A stretch of 64,000 bases of DNA from NCBI GenBank assembly GCA_039630415.1, contig JBCNVB010000025.1:75419-139418 (forward strand), written 5' to 3'. The position numbers and the translations under genes were made by a program. This DNA comes from a bacterium. GTDB taxonomy: Bacteria > DRYD01. The notes under the pieces were generated by a model. It was not told the origin of the DNA. It was given only the letters and a program-made list of their open reading frames with translations, and ran no database searches. Shown piece after piece: positions 10,174 through 19,083 of this stretch; within the stretch, counting starts at the first letter, position 1, and each line of letters starts with the position of its first letter.

Positions 10174-10500
10174 TTATCCACATTTGTGGAAAAATTACAC
10201 CAAGCTAGTATTTTCAAGGTATCAAAAGAAGGGGGGTATGTGGAAAAAGTGTGGAAAAGTTACTAAAGTATGTGGAAAAATTTTTGAGCTTTTAGAAGTT
10301 TTCCACATTTTTTCCACATATTTTTCCACATTTTTTGATTATTTTTCCACATTTTAGGGGAAATTTTTCCACATGTGGAAATTTTCACCCGAAAATGTGG
10401 AAAAATTACCAAAGGATGTGGAAAACTAAAAATTTTATCTTTACAGTATGTGGAAAACTTTTAAATTTATGTGGATAAATCTATAAATCTTTGTGGAAAA
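10174..10500. promoter_or_regulatory. Cluster of 16 DnaA-box-like 9-mers (candidate oriC DnaA-assembly region)
   Basis: TTATCCACA at 10174. TGTGGAAAA at 10185, 10239, 10250, 10271, 10396, 10417, 10449 and 10492. TTTTCCACA at 10299, 10310, 10322, 10343 and 10365. TGTGGAAAT at 10374. TGTGGATAA at 10470. Fifteen match TT(A/T)TCCACA exactly and one is off by 1 nt. Spacings are 11-12 or 21-22 bp. The palindrome TTCCACATGTGGAA lies at 10367-10380. Confidence 0.75.
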
Positions 10501-11020
10501 CTTGTTTACATTTTTTGTTACAAAATTATTAAAAATATTGCCAAAATATTGACAAATATTGACGAGTTGTAAATGTTAACATATGAAATGTAAAATTTCT
10601 AAAATTTTTGTTAAAAATTTTTAAGCATTGATATAAAAGCAAAAAAACAATATAAGTTTATTAAATTTTTGTTAAAAAAATTGAAAAAAAGTAAACAATT
10701 CATTCGATTTTTTAAACAATGTAACAAAGTTATTGAAAAATTTTTAAAAAAATATTAGAGAACGACGCGAAATTATTAAAATTGTAAAAAAAATATTAAC
10801 ATAAAAAATTTTTTACAAAATTAATTATTTTTTTACAAATTTTACTAAAAATTTACAAATTTAACATGAAAAAATGTTACAAAAAAATTAAAAAAATGTT
10901 AATAAAAAAGCAAAAATATTACCAAAATATGACAAATATTACCAAAATATGACAAAAATATGAACAAAATATGAAAAATGTAAAAAAATATCGAAAAATA
11001 TTAACAAATTAAAACCTGGT
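10501..11020. other. Extremely AT-rich non-coding tract with 10-nt periodic repeats (candidate DNA-unwinding element or bent DNA)
   Basis: About 520 nt with almost no G or C and no ORF. Repeated AAATATTG(C/A)C at 10533, 10544 and 10554. Repeated AAATATTACC/AAAATATGAC from 10914. Recurrent TGTTA(A/C)(A/C)AAAA and TTTACAAA words. Confidence 0.45.
10914..10953. repeat. Perfect 20-nt tandem duplication AAATATTACCAAAATATGAC x2
   Basis: 10914-10933 and 10934-10953 are identical. Degenerate copies continue to about 10975, and a related AAATATTGCCAAAATATTGAC lies at 10533-10553. Confidence 0.9.
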
Positions 11021-11024
11021 CCTA

Positions 11025-11846
11025 CTAAAACCTGATCCTAACAAGTTGATCCCGAAATATAAACAAACTAACAAAAATACAAATCAAAGACAAAACAAAA
11101 GAAGCAAAAATAGCACCCTGCATATCAAAACTATAAAAAGCCCTACCATAAACATACATCATTAGAGTATAAGTCGAAGTACCTGGCCCACCCTCAGTAA
11201 CTATAAAAATCTCAGCAAAAACTTTCAAAGCAGCCAAAACAGATAAAAAAAAACAAAAATAAAAAGTTCCCTTCAATAAAGGCAAATACACAAACCATAA
11301 CCTCTGCACAAAACTCATCCCATCTATAACAGAATTCTCTACAATCTCCCTTGATATAGAATAAAGACCAGACAAATATATCACTACATAATACCCCAAC
11401 CCCTTCCAAAAAGTAACCAAAAAAGCCACCAACATCGCAAAAAAATAATCCGACATAAAAGGTAATCTAAACCCCAAAAACAAACTCAAATAATCATTAA
11501 TTACTCCCTCATCATTAAACATTATCTTAAACACAAAACCTATACTAGCTATCGGAATTACAACAGGCAAGTAAAATAAACTTCTAAACAAACCCGCCCA
11601 AAAACTAGTCAAGTGATATATACCAAATGCAATCAAAAAAGAAAAAAACTGTAAAGGTATAACTACTAAAACATAAATAAATGAATTCTTCAACGATACC
11701 CAGAAAAGACTATCTAATAATACTCTACTCGCTATCTCAAAAAAATTCCCATCCTTAACCAACAAATAAATACTCATCAAAACCGAAAAAATATTGAACA
11801 TAAACCATAACACAATAAAAGGAAGTATTAAAACAAAATAGTTCAT
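11025..11846 (-). CDS. ABC transporter permease (MalF/UgpA-like, binding-protein-dependent type)
   Basis: 273 aa with about 6 TM segments. EAA-loop motif is SREIVENSVIDGMSFVQRLWFVYLPLLKG. Its start overlaps the leuD stop by 4 nt. Confidence 0.85.
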   Translation of the reverse strand: MNYFVLILPFIVLWFMFNIFSVLMSIYLLVKDGNFFEIASRVLLDSLFWVSLKNSFIYVLVVIPLQFFSFLIAFGIYHLTSFWAGLFRSLFYLPVVIPIASIGFVFKIMFNDEGVINDYLSLFLGFRLPFMSDYFFAMLVAFLVTFWKGLGYYVVIYLSGLYSISREIVENSVIDGMSFVQRLWFVYLPLLKGTFYFCFFLSVLAALKVFAEIFIVTEGGPGTSTYTLMMYVYGRAFYSFDMQGAIFASFVLSLICIFVSLFIFRDQLVRIRF

Positions 11847-12460
11847 AAATCTACATTTTCATTCAATACCGGAAAAAATAAAGGCCTATTTCTTTCATAT
11901 TCCTTGATCGAATCTTCAAATCTCAAAACAAGATCAATACTATCCCACCCCTTAATAAACCTTTCTTTTGCTTGAGGATCTATCCAAAAATCAAATCTCA
12001 ATCCATAGTCATCAAATATTGCTTGATTTGGTAGGTCTACAGTCAACCAGTATTCTTGCTTTTGTTTTGTATTTTCTATAATTTTAGTTACATATTCATG
12101 CTTCACAGTGCAAGGTAAAAGTAAATTTTCTATTGCATTGGAGTAAAAAATATCTGCAAAAGAAGGCGAAATAATCACCTTAAATCCGAATTCCTTAAGC
12201 CCCCATACTGCGTGTTCCCTAGAACTTCCACACCCAAAATTGGGACCAGTTACAAGTATCGACGCTCCCGGATACTTGTTAAGCTCAAAATCTGGATTTA
12301 TCGTACCATCTTTGAGATATCTCCATTCATAAAATACAAACTCTCCAAAACCAGTTCTCTCAACCCTTTTAAGAAATTGTTTGGGCATGATTTGATCAGT
12401 ATCTATGTCTGACCTATCTATGAAGCATACTTTGCCCCTGTGAATAGATATACCCTTCAT
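11843..12460 (-). CDS. leuD: 3-isopropylmalate (or homoaconitate) dehydratase small subunit
   Basis: 205 aa. Contains GPNFGCGSSREHAVW and FADIFYSNA motifs of the aconitase swivel domain. Adjacent to leuC. Confidence 0.85.
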   Translation of the reverse strand: MKGISIHRGKVCFIDRSDIDTDQIMPKQFLKRVERTGFGEFVFYEWRYLKDGTINPDFELNKYPGASILVTGPNFGCGSSREHAVWGLKEFGFKVIISPSFADIFYSNAIENLLLPCTVKHEYVTKIIENTKQKQEYWLTVDLPNQAIFDDYGLRFDFWIDPQAKERFIKGWDSIDLVLRFEDSIKEYERNRPLFFPVLNENVDL

Positions 12461-12474
12461 ATTTTAACACCTCT

Positions 12475-13872
12475 TTATAGTATTTCTCGTACATCAATAA
12501 ATCTACCAGCGATAGCTGCTGCGGCAGCCATGGCTGGACTAACTAAATGCGTTCTTCCTCCCTTACCTTGCCTGTTTTCAAAATTACGATTTGAAGTTGA
12601 AGCACATCTTTGACCATATCCCAAAACATCCGGATTCATACCTAAACACATTGAGCAACCAGATTCACGCCACTCAAACCCCGCTTCTTTAAAAATCTTA
12701 TCCAATCCCATTTTCTCAGCTTGTAGTTTAACCTGCGTAGAACCCGGTACAACCATTGCTCTAACCCTTGGATTCACTTTTTTACCCTTTACCACATTTG
12801 CAGCCTCTATTAAATCTTCTATCCTAGCATTCGTACATGAACCTATAAATACTACATCAACCTCTATATCTGTTATCTTGGTCCCTTCCTTTAAACCCAT
12901 ATACTCTAAAGCTCTTCTTGCTGTTTTTCTTTCGAACTCATCTTCTATTTCATCTAGGTAGGGTACTCTTCCGGAGATAGGTTGTACTTGAGAAGGATTT
13001 GTACCCCAAGTAATCATAGGCTCTACATTACTAACATCCATAACAAAAACTCTATCGTATTGAGCATCTGAATCGGTTTTTAATTTCTGCCAATAATCTA
13101 AAGCTTTTTCCCAGTCTTTACCTTTAGGTGCAAACTTTTTATTTTCCAAATAAGCGAAGGTTTTATCATCTGGCGAGATAATGCCTACTTTGGCACCTGC
13201 TTCTATGCTCATATTACAAATTGTTAGCCTTCCTTCAATTGATAAGTTACGAATATATTGACCTGTATACTCTACAGCGTATCCAACGCATCCTCCTACA
13301 CCGATTTTACCAATAAGTGCAAGTATTATATCTTTTGAATATACACCTTTTCCAGGAGTTCCCTCAAACCTAATTTCCATAGTTTTGAATTTTTTAGTAA
13401 GGATTGTTTGAGTGGAAAGTACTAGCTCTACTTCAGAAGTACCGATACCAAAAGCCATAGCTCCCAAAGCACCATGAGTGGAAGTATGAGAATCTCCACA
13501 AACTATAACCATTCCCGGCTGTGTAAGCCCCAACTCAGGACCAATAACATGAACTATCCCTTGGTAAGGTGAATCCAAATCGAAAAATAATATCCCCCAC
13601 TTTTTAGCATTTTCATATAGCTTGTTTATTTGTTTTTCCGCTATTAGATCTATTATTGGTCTATGTTTTGGAGTGGTTGGTACATTGTGATCAACTGTAG
13701 CTACTGTTAAGTCAGGTCTTCTAACTTTTCTATTAGCTAGCTCAATACCTTCAAAAGCTTGGGGAGACGTAACCTCATGGATATAGTGTAAATCTACGTA
13801 TAAGCCATACCATCCATCAAACTCATAAACTACATGATTTTCCCAGATTTTCTCTATGATGGTTTTGCCCAT
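12475..13872 (-). CDS. leuC: 3-isopropylmalate (or homoaconitate) dehydratase large subunit
   Basis: 465 aa. Aconitase-family Fe-S ligand context is present: [36 protein letters not shown]. Confidence 0.9.
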   Translation of the reverse strand: MGKTIIEKIWENHVVYEFDGWYGLYVDLHYIHEVTSPQAFEGIELANRKVRRPDLTVATVDHNVPTTPKHRPIIDLIAEKQINKLYENAKKWGILFFDLDSPYQGIVHVIGPELGLTQPGMVIVCGDSHTSTHGALGAMAFGIGTSEVELVLSTQTILTKKFKTMEIRFEGTPGKGVYSKDIILALIGKIGVGGCVGYAVEYTGQYIRNLSIEGRLTICNMSIEAGAKVGIISPDDKTFAYLENKKFAPKGKDWEKALDYWQKLKTDSDAQYDRVFVMDVSNVEPMITWGTNPSQVQPISGRVPYLDEIEDEFERKTARRALEYMGLKEGTKITDIEVDVVFIGSCTNARIEDLIEAANVVKGKKVNPRVRAMVVPGSTQVKLQAEKMGLDKIFKEAGFEWRESGCSMCLGMNPDVLGYGQRCASTSNRNFENRQGKGGRTHLVSPAMAAAAAIAGRFIDVREIL

Positions 13873-15026
13873 GTTACCCTCCTTACTATTTCTAACAATT
13901 CATTTTCTTTAATTTCCCCCTTTTGATCGGCTTCTTTTTTAAACTCCTCAAATACTTTATTTAATGTTTGTTCATCTAGATCAATACCTAATTCGAGAAG
14001 TTTAGCTTTTAGGCCATGTCTACCAGAATTTTTATTTAGTACTATAATACCACCTCTTTCTAACCCTATGTCTTTGGGATTTATTATTTCATAATTTAGT
14101 CGATTAGAGACGACACCATGTTGGTGTACACCTGATTGATGTCTAAAAGCGTTTAGTCCGACGATGGCTTTATTGGGTTGGATAGGTATTCCAGAGTACT
14201 TAGACACTAGTTGACTTACATGATATATTCTGGTTGTATCGATTTTGGTATATAGGTTAAGGAAGTCTTTTCTAACTTTGATAGCCATAATAACTTCTTC
14301 TAGAGCTGTATTACCGGCTCTTTCACCGATACCGTTAATACATCCTTCGACTTGCCTTGCGCCTGCTCTGATAGCTGCTAAACTATTTGCCACTGCTAAC
14401 CCTAAATCATCATGGCAATGAGTTGAAACTATATAGTCTCCCTCAACATTTTCCAGAATATATCTTATCAAATCGGCATACTCTTCTGGTATAGCATAAC
14501 CTACAGTATCTGGTATATTGATAACTTTAGCTCCACTTTTAACTGCTACCTGTAGGACTTTTATAAGAAATTCTCTATCTGACCTTGTAGCATCTTGTGC
14601 TGAAAATTCCACATTTGAGCAGAATTTTTTTGCATATTTGACCATTGACTCTGTAGCTTCCAGAACTTGTTCTCTAGTTTTTTTCATCATTGTCTCGAGA
14701 TGGATATCTGAAGTTGAGATGAATAAGTGTAGTCTTGGATTAGCTGCATGTTTAATAGCTTCCCAACCTATGTCTATGTCTTTTTGAACAGTTCTGCATA
14801 ATGTAGCTACGGTGGAATCTTTGATAATTGAGCTTATTGCTTTTACGTTTTCATATTCACCTTGTGATGATGCTGCAAAACCTGCTTCAATAACATCAAC
14901 TCTCATCCTTTCTAATTCTTTAGCAATCTCAATTTTTTGATCTAACTTGAGATTAACTCCTGGTGTTTGATCTCCATCCCTTAAGGTAGTATCGAAAATA
15001 TAAACTCTTTCCATCAGTTGTAACAC
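13854..15026 (-). CDS. 2-isopropylmalate / homocitrate / citramalate synthase family enzyme, short form
   Basis: 390 aa. DRE-TIM motifs are [35 protein letters not shown] and NGIGERAGN. It lacks the roughly 100-aa C-terminal LeuA regulatory domain, so substrate cannot be assigned from sequence. Confidence 0.75.
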   Translation of the reverse strand: MLQLMERVYIFDTTLRDGDQTPGVNLKLDQKIEIAKELERMRVDVIEAGFAASSQGEYENVKAISSIIKDSTVATLCRTVQKDIDIGWEAIKHAANPRLHLFISTSDIHLETMMKKTREQVLEATESMVKYAKKFCSNVEFSAQDATRSDREFLIKVLQVAVKSGAKVINIPDTVGYAIPEEYADLIRYILENVEGDYIVSTHCHDDLGLAVANSLAAIRAGARQVEGCINGIGERAGNTALEEVIMAIKVRKDFLNLYTKIDTTRIYHVSQLVSKYSGIPIQPNKAIVGLNAFRHQSGVHQHGVVSNRLNYEIINPKDIGLERGGIIVLNKNSGRHGLKAKLLELGIDLDEQTLNKVFEEFKKEADQKGEIKENELLEIVRRVTWAKPS

Positions 15027-15035
15027 CTCCTAATT

Positions 15036-16733
15036 TCACAACTTATTAGTAGATATTTCAAACTCTACAGGGTAAGATAGACCTGGTGTAATCAGGATGG
15101 TGATTGGTATTTCAACTGTTTGACCTGCATCTAATTCCAAACTAAAAATTTTTCTGTATAAACCACTTTCAGCCCTGTATATGTTATCATTATACATAAA
15201 AACTAAAGGAGTATAACCAGAAATAGAGGAGAAGTAGATATTTACTCTTTCTGGTTGTTGCTTTGAGTTATGTATTGTAAAAAACAACTTATACATTACA
15301 CAGTAATTTGAATAATTTTGATCAATTTTATTGGAAATAATTTCGTTATCGGGGATTTTAAAACTCATGAAATTTTTAGATGTATCAAAGGATATTTGTT
15401 TATGGATAATGGGTTTTGGATATTTACCGGTTGATCTTGGAGTACCATCCTTATCTAGAATATTGTCAGGAACGACTTTGTCAAAGCTAAAAATTTTAAT
15501 TTTAAGATCATTACTAGCTTTAAGGTACACGAATCCGGTGATTACTTGATTTGGATACATTTTTTCTATAACTAATCTGGCTTTTTGACCCGGATTTAGC
15601 AATAATCTTGACATATTCTTATTTTTTACGAAATCAAAAAATTCTAAAGATGCTTTTATACCACTTTCTACCTCATTTTGACTTTTGCTTAATTCTACAA
15701 AAAACTCAACCTCACTTTCAACTTCTTCACCGTTTTGTACTTCAATACAATAGTTAAGGTTATCTTTGAATAAATGATGAAACCAAACAAAATAACCGTT
15801 TTCTCCCAAAACATTCGATTCAAATATTATACCCTTATGAGTAATTTTCTCAGGATTGTTTGATATAACTAGGTAATCGAAATCTATTTCATTACGTACA
15901 TATTGTTTTAGAAATACTATATCGATAACTTCTTTAATGTCTTTGTAAGGAAATCTGGCACCTTCTGAGTAGATTATATATTTATTCCCCCTTGAGTAAT
16001 ACTTTATCTCGATATCTGTGTTTATTATGATGTTAGGTAAAATAAAGGATTGAAAAATATCTACCTTGTTTAATTTACTAGGATATTGTGAAAGGTATAT
16101 TTTGTTGCTTTTTACATAGAAAGTTGGAATTTTGATTGTTAAAAAAGAGATATCTTGTCCACCTTCGTAACTAATAGACAATGTTTGTTGGTATACAGGA
16201 TTTTCATGCTTTATGTATAAAAACCCGTCCTTATAACTGCAATAGTCTGGTATGGATAGTATGAAATCTTTGCCTGTTTTATTGTATACTCTTATTTTCT
16301 GTAGTTGGTTTACAGTTAATTCGATATGTGTTTTTTCAAAGAAAATTTCTGGTATGTAAGCAAGATTTGATAGAGTAATACGATAAGAATTAACTAACTG
16401 TTTTAAATCTGAGTAACCTAATTGATAAGCTGTTTGTTTATCAAAAGAAAAAAGTAAATCCTTGTTTATATAAACTTCATAATTACCACTGTAATCGTTG
16501 TATACTATCTTGTAATCTACGGGCATATCGGAAAAAATATTTTTGTTTAGCTTGTCCATTATCTTGGGATTGTCTTTGTTTTTTGGTAAATAAAACAATC
16601 TGTACTCTGTGTTATTAGTTTTGAGGTTATAGAATATTATTCCATCTTTTTGTTTTTTTACTATTTCAACCCCTGCAAGGCTATACTGAAGTAGTAGACA
16701 AGTAAAAATATATCCAAAAAGCCACTTTATCAC
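15036..16733 (-). CDS. Hypothetical secreted protein
   Basis: 565 aa with an N-terminal signal-like segment (MIKWLFGYIFTCLLLQYSLAG). The sequence is beta-rich. The C-terminal half is distantly similar to the ORF at 54449-55306. Confidence 0.5.
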   Translation of the reverse strand: MIKWLFGYIFTCLLLQYSLAGVEIVKKQKDGIIFYNLKTNNTEYRLFYLPKNKDNPKIMDKLNKNIFSDMPVDYKIVYNDYSGNYEVYINKDLLFSFDKQTAYQLGYSDLKQLVNSYRITLSNLAYIPEIFFEKTHIELTVNQLQKIRVYNKTGKDFILSIPDYCSYKDGFLYIKHENPVYQQTLSISYEGGQDISFLTIKIPTFYVKSNKIYLSQYPSKLNKVDIFQSFILPNIIINTDIEIKYYSRGNKYIIYSEGARFPYKDIKEVIDIVFLKQYVRNEIDFDYLVISNNPEKITHKGIIFESNVLGENGYFVWFHHLFKDNLNYCIEVQNGEEVESEVEFFVELSKSQNEVESGIKASLEFFDFVKNKNMSRLLLNPGQKARLVIEKMYPNQVITGFVYLKASNDLKIKIFSFDKVVPDNILDKDGTPRSTGKYPKPIIHKQISFDTSKNFMSFKIPDNEIISNKIDQNYSNYCVMYKLFFTIHNSKQQPERVNIYFSSISGYTPLVFMYNDNIYRAESGLYRKIFSLELDAGQTVEIPITILITPGLSYPVEFEISTNKL

Positions 16734-16759
16734 ATTATTAAGATTAAAATACCTGGTAT

Positions 16760-18661
16760 TTAAATCCTTCCGATAGAAACTCCCTTGTAGTAATGCTTTA
16801 TTATTTGTCTGTAAGATAGTTTAGTTCCTAGCTTGTTTGCACCGAATTGACACATTCCTACACCATGCCCAAATCCTCTACCATAAAACCTAATAATCCC
16901 GTCCTTTATTTCGACTTTTTCTATAAAGTTAGAGGGAAGCATGCTATAATACAAATCCTCTGAAAATAAATAGATAGAGTCATCTTTGTATGCTACGTAA
17001 GTTTCTAAATCAGTTTGAATGATCATCTTTTGTACTCTTTGGCTTGAATTCTTATAAACTTTTATTGACTTGAGGGAACCCTCATAAGGCAGTTGTAGAA
17101 GATACGGGATAGTTTTAGATAAAATTTTATTGGCCTTGTTTAGGGGAATCTCAATTATCCATGTAAAAAGCCGGGATTGTTTACAATTGGAATCATTCAG
17201 ATTTGTTTCGTAGTCCTTAACCTTTCTAAGATATGGGACATATGTATTCCATACGTCTTCAGAGTTAGCAGTTATTCCTCCACATGTGGAATGATAAACT
17301 GCATCTATTGGATTCCCCTTGTAAGTTATAATTTCTCCTTTCGTTGATAAAGTAGCTATAAAGCTTTTAAAAGTTTCTTTTTTTTCTCCTTCGAAATTTT
17401 GACAGTGGGGAAGATCACATAGATCAAAGTTGGTGTGTCTAGATAAGTTTTTTACTGCATAGGTTCTGGCTGCTAGGGCTTGGGCTTTCAAAGCTTCCAA
17501 CTCAAAATAATCCGGCATCTCACTAGTTACTACCGACATTATATAATCCTCTAACTCTACGTCAATTACATACTCTTCCCTCTTACTTTCTATCTTCTCA
17601 TACCTATATGACCAATAGTCCTCTATCCCACCTTGCCTATTGTATCTGATAAACAAAACAAAATTACTACTACCATATCTAAAACCAAATCTTTTAAAAC
17701 TTACATTATCTACTCTACTCAAGCTTACTTTTAAATAAACATTTCCCTTAGCCATTAATTTAGGATAAAGAACTCTACTTTCTACAACCTCTACCAACTC
17801 TGATAATAATTTTCTCATTTTTTTAGAAAATGAAAAATATCTTCTTGTTTTTGGATGAGTTATAATAAATTCGATAGGCATTACAAGTTCAAGATTGCTG
17901 AATTTAAATGACATAGAACTATGATGCATATCATCTAGAATGTGTCTAATAAGGTATGAGTTAAACTTGTATATTAGCTGATTAGATAAATTTTCTACGC
18001 AAAAAGTATTTTCTGCTAGGAAATATACATTACCAGCTTTAACTAAGAAAGGAGTTTTATTTGAAGTAAAACCTAAAACGTTATTACTATCGGTATAGTA
18101 TTCTACACAATACTTCCGTGATAATAAAATTTTAGTAAAATGCTTAAAACTAAAATAATTGTAATCTCTGTTTACAAAAACAATATCGTACAAGCCTAGC
18201 TGATATAGTAAATGGTTTTTGTGCTTTTGCCCTTTAGAATTATACATCAAACTTTGATAAGTAAAAAGTATCTTGCCTTTCTGAGAATACTCAATCATAT
18301 GCAAAATAGTACTAGCCGGTATATATCTTGCATCGTTAACTATAAGTAAATCTATGTCTTGATCAAGTAAATCAAGGGTGTAATCAGTTATGATTAAATA
18401 AGGAATTCTCTGTGAAGCTAGGAACTTTTCAAGAAAATAAAACTCCTTAACATATCTTCTTTGCAGATTCTCAAAAGTATGAATAGAAAAATATATACCC
18501 ACTATCTTCCTATCTTTTTTGAAATTCGCAAGCTCTCGAATGTACATATAATCAAAAACTTTCTGATTTATGAAATCCCAAAAATAGACTAGAAACAGCA
18601 AAATAAAAATCAAAACTCCTCTGACAATATTAACAATTAGTATCATTAAGAATTTGAACAT
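16760..18661 (-). CDS. SpoIID/LytB-domain protein with N-terminal TM anchor and unknown roughly 350-aa N-domain
   Basis: 633 aa. The C-terminal part has SpoIID-family motifs AQALAARTYAVKN, HSTCGGITANSEDVW and GRGFGHGVGMCQFGA. Confidence 0.8.
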   Translation of the reverse strand: MFKFLMILIVNIVRGVLIFILLFLVYFWDFINQKVFDYMYIRELANFKKDRKIVGIYFSIHTFENLQRRYVKEFYFLEKFLASQRIPYLIITDYTLDLLDQDIDLLIVNDARYIPASTILHMIEYSQKGKILFTYQSLMYNSKGQKHKNHLLYQLGLYDIVFVNRDYNYFSFKHFTKILLSRKYCVEYYTDSNNVLGFTSNKTPFLVKAGNVYFLAENTFCVENLSNQLIYKFNSYLIRHILDDMHHSSMSFKFSNLELVMPIEFIITHPKTRRYFSFSKKMRKLLSELVEVVESRVLYPKLMAKGNVYLKVSLSRVDNVSFKRFGFRYGSSNFVLFIRYNRQGGIEDYWSYRYEKIESKREEYVIDVELEDYIMSVVTSEMPDYFELEALKAQALAARTYAVKNLSRHTNFDLCDLPHCQNFEGEKKETFKSFIATLSTKGEIITYKGNPIDAVYHSTCGGITANSEDVWNTYVPYLRKVKDYETNLNDSNCKQSRLFTWIIEIPLNKANKILSKTIPYLLQLPYEGSLKSIKVYKNSSQRVQKMIIQTDLETYVAYKDDSIYLFSEDLYYSMLPSNFIEKVEIKDGIIRFYGRGFGHGVGMCQFGANKLGTKLSYRQIIKHYYKGVSIGRI

Positions 18662-18664
18662 AGA

Positions 18665-19063
18665 TTAGTTTTGAATTTTAGAATTGCTGTTCAAAATTAT
18701 TAACTGTCGAATAGATTTAATACAGGTTTGCAAGATGAGTCTTATAATATCTATGTCTACTTGTAGGCCGTAAGATAATACTTTTGCATATTTGATTTTG
18801 TCAATTAATTTTATAACCAGTTCTATCGAAAAGATCCCAATAATAAGGGAAAGATTAGCAAAATTGCCTGGAAGTTTAATTTGTTTTGTTTTAAGAGTGT
18901 ATAATTTGTAAAAGATTACATCGACTTCTGAAAGAATTTGAAAGAAATTTGCTATCTTTCGAAGAGTAGGTATATGGCTATCAAGTTTTTTGTATTGTAG
19001 TATTTGTATTAGGGTCTGGGTAGATTCATAGCAGAGTGTATATATTAATTTACCTGCAAACAT
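18665..19063 (-). CDS. Hypothetical protein
   Basis: 132-aa ORF tightly packed between prfB and the SpoIID-like gene (3-nt and 20-nt spacers). No recognisable motif. Confidence 0.35.
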   Translation of the reverse strand: MFAGKLIYTLCYESTQTLIQILQYKKLDSHIPTLRKIANFFQILSEVDVIFYKLYTLKTKQIKLPGNFANLSLIIGIFSIELVIKLIDKIKYAKVLSYGLQVDIDIIRLILQTCIKSIRQLIILNSNSKIQN

Positions 19064-19083
19064 TTTGGGTTTCTTACATTTTC

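Noticed and set aside
10174-10500. Whether the repeated TGTGGAAAA/TTTTCCACA units form a CRISPR array or a minisatellite.
   Set aside because: The units are only 9 bp, occur in both orientations and are spaced at 11-22 bp without unique spacers of CRISPR length. There are no cas genes. The sequence matches the DnaA-box consensus instead.
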